From Eledone cirrhosa (taxonomy: Eukaryota), in assembly GCA_964016885.1 (NCBI GenBank), contig OZ024746.1, positions 59,830,001-59,894,000 on the forward strand: 64,000 nucleotides of DNA, read 5' to 3'. Below the pieces are notes generated by a model. That model was not told where the DNA came from. It saw only the letters and a list, made by a program, of their open reading frames with translations, and ran no database searches. Below are positions 56,747 to 64,000 of the stretch, piece by piece (the stretch's first letter is position 1; the number at the start of each line of letters is the position of its first letter). Position numbers and translations under genes: made by a program.

Positions 56747-57585
56747 CATGTCTATGTGTGTGTATTTGTCTATGTGTGTGTATGCATGTCTATGTGTGTG
56801 TATGTGTCTATGTGTGTATGCATGTCTATATGTATGTGTATATGTACATTTTGAAGGGTTGATAAGTCTAATGGGGGAGATTGGTTTAGATGTTTTCCTT
56901 GCAGTCTTTTTATGGTGAAACGAGGTTGTTTAGGATTTAATGGTTGCTTGGGTTACTATGTTAAGTCTAGTTACGATGTTTTATCCTTGGGTGTGTATGT
57001 CATATAATGTGTTCCACAATGGGGGGGGGGTATTTCGTTTTAATGGGGTACAAGGCCAACAATATAGGGGAAGGGAAATTTCGATTAAATTGACCACAGT
57101 ACATTACTGGTACCTCATTTTATTGACCCCGGAGAGATCGCGGCTCTATTTGAACTTAGAATACAGAGCAAAATAAATACCGCAAAGCATTTGTTTGGCG
57201 CTCTGCTGACTCTGCCAATCCGCTACCCTTTGAAATGAATAATGGTTTCAGATTAAGGCACAAGGCCAACAATTTTGTGGAGAGGGAAAAGTCGATTAAA
57301 TCGGCCCCAGTACGTTTCTGGTACTTTATTTTATCGAGCACGTAAGGGTGAAAGATAAAGCTGACCTCTACTGGATTTGAATTCAGAATAAAGCCAGAAG
57401 AAATACCGCAAAATAATATATTTTTTTGACACTTCAACGAATCTGCCAATTACTCCGTCCATAATAGGCACAAGGTCAGCAATTTTGGGGGAAGGGAAAG
57501 TCGATTAAATCAACCTCAGTGCATTACTGGTACTTTATTTTATCGATCCTGTAAGGATGAAAGGCAAAACTAACCTCGGCGGTGG
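56154..57585 (-). mobile_element. several Deu/Nin-domain SINE copies (56154-56335, 57040-57230, 57235-57450, 57462-57585)
   Basis: Minus-strand ctgagttcaaat B-box followed by gcctttcatcctt..ggggtcgataaaat.aagtaccag. Confidence 0.7.
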
Positions 57586-57779
57586 GGGTTTAAATAGAAA
57601 TATAAAAGTGCATACAAATTAAGTACACATTGTATACAATTATATAAGGCATTCAGTCGTCCTGCTTCAGAGAGCTGAATACTTAAGGTTAATTGAGGAA
57701 CCCTAAAGATCCACAATCACCCTACCCACCAAGGTTGAGTCCCCTCTCCCAAATGTCGTTGTCCAACCTAGTGGCACAA

Positions 57780-58085
57780 ACTGAGAGTAAACTCATTCGC
57801 TCATGCACTTCACTTTCCGCTACTTACAACCACCTTTTGGTAAATTTCCTGAAAGAGAGCGCTTCCTTCTCTACGCTCACCTTCCTTTCCAGGTGAAACT
57901 TGAACAAGTCGGTGAGAGCCTAACCGAAGAGGAATGTGTGCGTCTTCAATGTTTTCAGTCTTGTCCACTACACAATCTCTTTCGAGATAGCCACCGGACA
58001 TTTTTTTTTTAAATGGTCGCCCTTCCCTGTTAATGGCGGGTGGTGGGTTGAGCTTCACAATGGACACAGTCGTTAACCAAATCCG
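57780..58085 (-). mobile_element. diverged 3' coding fragment of a related L1/Tx1 LINE
   Basis: SIVKLNPPPAINREG aligns with SIVMIKPPPSFKNEG of the 25152..25877 ORF; the downstream frame resembles WTRLK..TFL..FK.H..R..RW. Confidence 0.6.
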
Positions 58086-58555
58086 TCCAGTACTTCTTCT
58101 ATATAAAACCTCACAAGTATATCTTTAGTGATATCTTTTTCTATTCTGCTGTTTCTGTTATTTTTCCACTAACAAACAGAATCTAATTAGTTAGTTTCTA
58201 ACTAAATACTATAGTTTCTTCTCTGTCTGTTTTATTGTTTGTGTTGTTTGCTGTTGTTGTTGTTTGTTGTTGTTATTGCTCTTGTTTTCTTTCATTTGGC
58301 AGACGATATAAAAAATTTATTTTTTCTTTTTTTTTCTTTTTAGCAAAACGTCTCGATAAGTAAAGTTTCTTCTTTTTGACAAGTAAATTTTATCACATTG
58401 AAAGAAGAGAAAAGGGGGAGTGGAAAAGGAGGAGGATGGTAATAGCTTGGAGAGGAAAGAATATACAACTATATATATATATATATACTGTATATATACG
58501 TGTATGTGTATATATATATATAGTGCAAATTTATACGGGAACAAAACAGAGAGGC

Positions 58556-58649
<94 letters not shown>

Positions 58650-58832
58650 GTGTGTATTTGTGTGTATGTATATATATATATATAAATGTGTGTGTATATA
58701 TGTGTGTGTGTATGTGTGTGCGCGTGTGTGTGTATAAATACATACATACACACTCATAAACTCATAAACACACACACACACAAGATAGAACCAGTGTCAC
58801 AGAGTGCAGAATGTAAGTATATATTTGTATGT

Positions 58833-59240
58833 TTGGTGATGATGGTGATGATGTTGGTGTTGGCGATGGTGTTGCTGTTGGTGGTGTTGGTGTTGGTGGT
58901 GTTGGTGGAGGTGGTGTTGGTGTGATGGTGTTGGTGTTTGTGGTGTTGTTGGTGGTGTTGGTGGTGTTGGTGTTGGTGGAGGTGGTGTTGGTGGTGTTGG
59001 TGTTGGTGGAGGTGGTGTTGGTGGTGGTGTTGGTGGTGTTGGTGGTGTTGGTGGTGTTGGTGTTGGTGGAGGTGGTGTTGGTGGTGTTGGTGTTGGTGGT
59101 GTTGGTGGTGTTGGTGTTGGTGGAGGTGGTGTTGGTGGTGTTGGTGGTGGTGTTGGTGGTGTTGGTGGTGTTGGTGTTGGTGGAGGTGGTGTTGGTGGTG
59201 TTGGTGTTGGTGGAGGTGGTGTTGGTGATGTTGGTGGTGG
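58833..59240. repeat. (GGT/GTT)n compound trinucleotide array
   Basis: Directly visible. Confidence 0.95.
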
Positions 59241-59339
59241 GGATCGTCGTCGACGTCGTCGTCGTCGTGGATAAGTGAGACGTCAATAATGTTTTGTGTT
59301 TTTTTTGCTTAACCTAGTATTGTTATAAGAGAAAAAATT

Positions 59340-60945
59340 GATGTAGGCATGGCTTTACAATCCTGAGGTATTGCGTTCGATCCTAATGTGCAGCCTCTTG
59401 GGCTAGTGTTATTGACCGAGGTTAGCTTTGCATTTCATCATTATGGGGTCGATAAATAAAGTGCCAGTAACACACTGGAATCGATTTAATCGACTTTCCC
59501 TTCAAATTACTGGTTTTGTGCCTAAAGTAGAAACAGTTATTGAACATTGCATCCAATCCATGTGCGTGAAATTGGGTAGACTGGAACTATTTGGAAGCCC
59601 GTCGGATGGACTGTAGCTGTAATTTAATGGGTTGGCCTTGTTGCATACTGTGTAATGCTGGATACCCTTAAGAATTACCTTAAGGTTACACCTATTCAAA
59701 AGGCCAGACTTGTCACATTCTGTGTCACGCTAAATCTCCCTGAGAACTACGTTATGGATACGTGTGTTTGAAGAATGCTCAGCCGCTTGCACGTTAATTT
59801 CATGAGTAGGCTGTTCCGTTGATCGTGCCTATTGGAACACTCGTCGTCGTAACCGACGGAGTGCCAGTAACAGTTTCTTTTGTAGTGAAAGTGGTTGAGT
59901 AGTCCTTAGATAGGTGTAACCTTTTAGCGGCACTCCGTCGGTTACGACGAAGAGTGTTCCAATTGCTACGATCCAACAGAACAGCCTGCTCGTGAAATTA
60001 ACGTGCAAGTGGCTGAGCCATAACGTAGTTCTCAGGGAGATTCAGCGTGACACAGAATGTGACATAGTTGGCCCTTCGAATTACAGGTACAACTCATTTT
60101 TGCCAGCTGAGTGGACTGGAGCAGTGTGAAATAAAGTGTCTTGCTCAAGGACACAACGCGCCGCTGAGAATCAAACACACGACCTTACGGTTGTGTGCCG
60201 AATACCCCTAACCACAAAACCACGCACTTTCACTACAAGAGAAACTGTACCTATAATTCAAAAGGTTTAGCCTTGTCACATATTGTGTTATGTTGATAGT
60301 GCCTGAGAATTACGCTAGGGGTACATATGTCTGAGGAATACTCAGCCAAGTACACTATAATACAGGATGGAATGTATCTGTAACTCAAAGATCCAACCTT
60401 CTTAGATATTGTGTCAAGCTGATTCTGATTTGGAAATTATGTAAAAATGACACGTGTCTGTGGAATGTATTGTTGTGAATGTAGTTGAGTATGTTACAGA
60501 CACGTGTGCTTTTAACATAATTCTCAGGTTAGGGTTAGGGTTAGGGTTAGGGTTAGGGTTAGATATTTCTTCCGGCTTTTTTATATTCTGAATTCAAATC
60601 CAGTCGAGGTCAGCTTTACCTTTCATCCTTACGGGCTCGATAAAATTTATACCAGTAACGTACTGGGGTCAATTTAATCGACTTTTTCCGCCTCTCCACA
60701 AAATTGTTGGCCTTTTGCTTTAATCTGAAACCATTATTTATTTTCAAAGGGTAGCGGATTGGCAGAGTCAACAGAGCGCCAAACAAATGCTTTGCGGTAT
60801 TATTCTGGCTTTATATTCTAAGTTCAAATACAGCCGTGATCAACTTCGCTTTTCTTCCCTCCGGGGTCAATAAAATGAAGTACCAGTCATGCACTATGGT
60901 CGATTTAATCGAATTTCCCTTCCCCTATATTATTGGCCTTGTGGC
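59340..60945. mobile_element. SINE cluster, including a near full-length tRNA SINE at 59929-60234(-) and an opposed tail at 59690-59866(+)
   Basis: gtcacattctgtgtcacgct...gtcgtaaccgacggagtgcc is present in both orientations; Deu/Nin-type copies at 59340-59540 and 60575-60945. Confidence 0.7.
60527..60562 (+). repeat. interstitial telomeric tract (TTAGGG)5+
   Basis: Perfect units at 60529-60558 plus a partial unit. Confidence 0.9.
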
Positions 60946-61925
60946 TTCCATTAAAAAATCATTACGTTATAATGAAATCCACGGAGTATTAAAAAAATTC
61001 GTTGTAACGAAAAATGATTTATAACGAGATCGACTTAAAAATAAAGTCGTGGTCGGGGATTGAAAAAAATTTCGTTATACTGAAAAATTCGTTATAATGG
61101 TATTCGTTGTAAAGGAATTTTACCTGTGTTATTATTCGTTCTTACAATGTTGTTTTTTATTGTTAATATTGTTGTTATTGTTGTTGATGATACCGTTGTT
61201 GTTATTGTTGTTATTGTTATTGTAAATGTTGTTATTGTTGTTGTTGATGTTATTGTTAATATTGTTGTTGTTGTTAATACCGTTGTTGTTATTGTTGTTG
61301 TTATTCTTGTTGTTAACACCGTTGTTGTTATTGTTGTCGTGATTATTGTAAATACTGTTGTTGCCATTGTTTATATCGTTATTGTTTGTTGTTGTATGTG
61401 GTTGTTGTTATTGTTGCTGATACTAATATCCTTGTTATTGTTAATGCCATTGTTGTTATTGCCGTTGTTGTAGTTGTTGTTTTATGAGATTTCCAACCAG
61501 CTTCTTTCAAAAGATTCTTGTTTATTTATAAATACGATTCACCTCCTGTACTTATTTTTCTGTCTTGTAGCTTTATTAACAAATATTATCACGCTTTGCC
61601 CAACTCTCTTGCTAACAATAAGTCTTTCGTGTCAAAATTATATTGTTAACTGTGAGTGGCTTCTTATTATTAAGCAATCTATACACACCATACAATGGTA
61701 TTCTCGTCATACCATTAAATATAACCTATTTCTCTCTATATAAAGTCTTTCTATTCCTTATCTCTCACACCTTCTCTCTCTTTCTTATTCCCACTTCAAT
61801 CTCTTTATGTATATACACATAAATAATTATACATGTACCTATACATATATATGTGTGTGCGTGTACGTATGTATATATATGTGTGTGCATGTGTGTGTGT
61901 ACATACATATTTATACATATATACG

Positions 61926-62014
<89 letters not shown>

Positions 62015-62079
62015 AGGAAGTTATAGTTCACTTGAAGCATTGTGTAATGAGGTATAAACGTTTGTATACATATACAAAC

Positions 62080-62116
<37 letters not shown>

Positions 62117-62117
<1 letters not shown>

Positions 62118-62178
62118 TTTGTCTGAGGAAGGCATAACATATTGTTAATATGATATCCCTGAAATATATATAATGAAA
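62117..62178 (+). ncRNA. type-I hammerhead (family E) in TA-flanked cassette 62113-62310
   Basis: ttttgt-CTGAGGA-aggcataacatatt[gtt]aatatgatatccct-GAAA-tatata-TA-atgaaa. Confidence 0.7.
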
Positions 62179-62309
62179 TAAATATGGTTTTATAAATATA
62201 GTTTCCATTTATTTAATATCGTAAATATACTCCAAATACTTGTTGAGTGCTTTTATATCAGTTATAAATATATACTAGTTGTAACCCAACAATTTAAATA
62301 TAACTTTCC

Positions 62310-62340
<31 letters not shown>

Positions 62341-62422
62341 AAGGGCAAACAGTAATAACAAAGCAAACGACACAGTACAATGAAGAAATATTAGTTTTAC
62401 GCTTGATATAGTAGAAAAATAG

Positions 62423-62458
62423 TCTTAACGTTTCGGAAACTAGTCCTTCATCAGAAAA
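62423..62458 (-). ncRNA. minimal hammerhead (family D)
   Basis: Minus strand: tttt-CTGATGA-a-gga[ctagtt]tcc-GAAA-cg-TT-aaga. Confidence 0.65.
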
Positions 62459-62734
62459 TGGAATGAAAAATTAAAGAAGAAATAGAAAGATAGAAGAGAC
62501 TAAGCAGTGGCACAAACGAAAAATATCTAGAGTAAAAAGCAGGTCTATTCACGTCGCTATCTCTTGGAAAACTGTTGATGCTGGCGTTTTATGTAAGATG
62601 ATCTTGTTTTAAAATGCGGTGATCGAATGCGTTTAGCTGAAAGGGATATATAGAGCGTGTGCGTGTGCGCCTGTATGTACGTATGTGAATGTGTGTGTTA
62701 TTCGTCCGTACGACGCTAAGGGTATATGTGTGTG

Positions 62735-63085
62735 TATTTGTAAGTTTAAGAGAATGTATGTGTGTGTGTTTGTAAGTACGAAACTGTGAGGATATGCGTG
62801 TGTATATAAGGGTGTGTGTGTGTGTGTTTGTAAGTAGGAAACTGTGAGGATATGCGTGTGTATATAAGGGTGTGTGTGTGCGTGTTTGTAAGTACGAAAC
62901 TGTGAGGATATGCGTGTGTATGTAAGGGTGTGTGTGTGTGTGTGTTTGTAAGTAGGAAACTGTGAGGATATGCGTGTGTATATAAGGGTGTGTGTGTGTG
63001 TTTGTAAGTACGAAACTGTGAGGATATGCGTGTGTATATAAGGGTGTGTGTGTTTGTTCTTGTTCTGTACAGAACTGTGAAGGTA
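62735..63085. repeat. ~58-bp minisatellite, 5-6 copies
   Basis: Unit tttgtaagta(c/g)gaaactgtgaggatatgcgtgtgtatataaggg(tg)n. Confidence 0.9.
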
Positions 63086-63811
63086 AGTGAATGTATATGT
63101 GCAAGATTAAAGAAATTGGGTAGTGGGGTTGAGTCCGTTAATAAACTCTCTATATCTATCTTTATATCTCTTTTTTATCGGCCTGTATCGATCTACTAAT
63201 ATATCTATCTCTATCTTGCTCTCCCTCACTCTCTCTCTCTCTCTCTGCCTTACTATTTCTGTCTCGCTCTCTCCTTCTTCCTCTCTATTTATCGATCTCT
63301 CTATCTGCCTATCTATCTACCAACAGGTAATATTACCTCTATTAAATACACGTCTTTACTTTCGTCTTCTTCAAATATTGATTTCCTCCGCAGCTAGCAG
63401 ACCGATTCTTGTTTAGCAACATGGAGGATATAGTCAATTGCAACCCCACAACATATTACCAGTAATTAGCCAAGTGATTCCCAAAGTAGTTTCACGGGAA
63501 CCCCAGACTTTCGTGGAAGAGTCTGTAATACTGCAAAATGAGATGTCATTTAATAAAATTTGATAAACATACATTATGTGTGTGTGTGTGTGTGTGAATG
63601 TGTGTGTGCGTATGTGTGTGTGTATCTGTGTGTCTCTATGTGTGTGTCTCTGTGTGTGTCTGTCTGTGTGTGCCTGTGTGTGTCTGTGTGTGTGGGTGTG
63701 TCTGTGTGTGTGTATGTGTGTGTCTCTGTGTGTATGTGTGTGTCTCTGTGTGTATGTGTGTGTGTCTGTGTGTGTGTGTGTGTCTGTGTGTGTCTGTGTG
63801 TGTCTCTGTGT

Positions 63812-63850
<39 letters not shown>

Positions 63851-64000
63851 TGTCTGTGTGTGTGTGTGTGAATGTGAGTGTGTTGTTATCTTACTACTGT
63901 GGTCAATCGACAAAACAAAAAGATTGAGCACACTATGCAACTTGTTTATTGGAATGTGTGTACTCTGGTTGACAACAATTTGGTTCAAAGACCAGAGAGA

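Overview
Eukaryotic, AT-rich and microsatellite-saturated intergenic or intronic DNA with no recognisable host exon. The Deu/Nin-domain tRNA SINEs, huge (TA)n/(CA)n arrays and TTAGGG repeats suggest a coleoid cephalopod such as Octopus (inference). The centrepiece is a very young Penelope-like retroelement (PLE; RT + GIY-YIG, Naiad-like) locus at 5938-15597. It holds two identical 819-aa ORFs head-to-head in a ~9.5-kb palindrome built from a circularly permuted 4201-bp unit and sits in (TA)n. Each unit carries a variant (CCGAAGA-core) type-I hammerhead ribozyme and a ~430-nt GC-rich, multi-stem island in its 3' UTR. Reading both strands by eye gives about 18 intact or decayed hammerhead motifs from about 7 families. 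They lie in two further decayed PLEs and in many short non-coding, often fold-back cassettes embedded in (TA)n. Also present: decayed L1/Tx1-type LINE copies (one with a SINE inserted in ORF1 with a TSD), a CRE-like LINE tail, Tc1/mariner, pogo and hAT remnants, SINE clusters, minisatellites and a short interstitial telomeric tract. All calls are from manual inspection; no searches were run.
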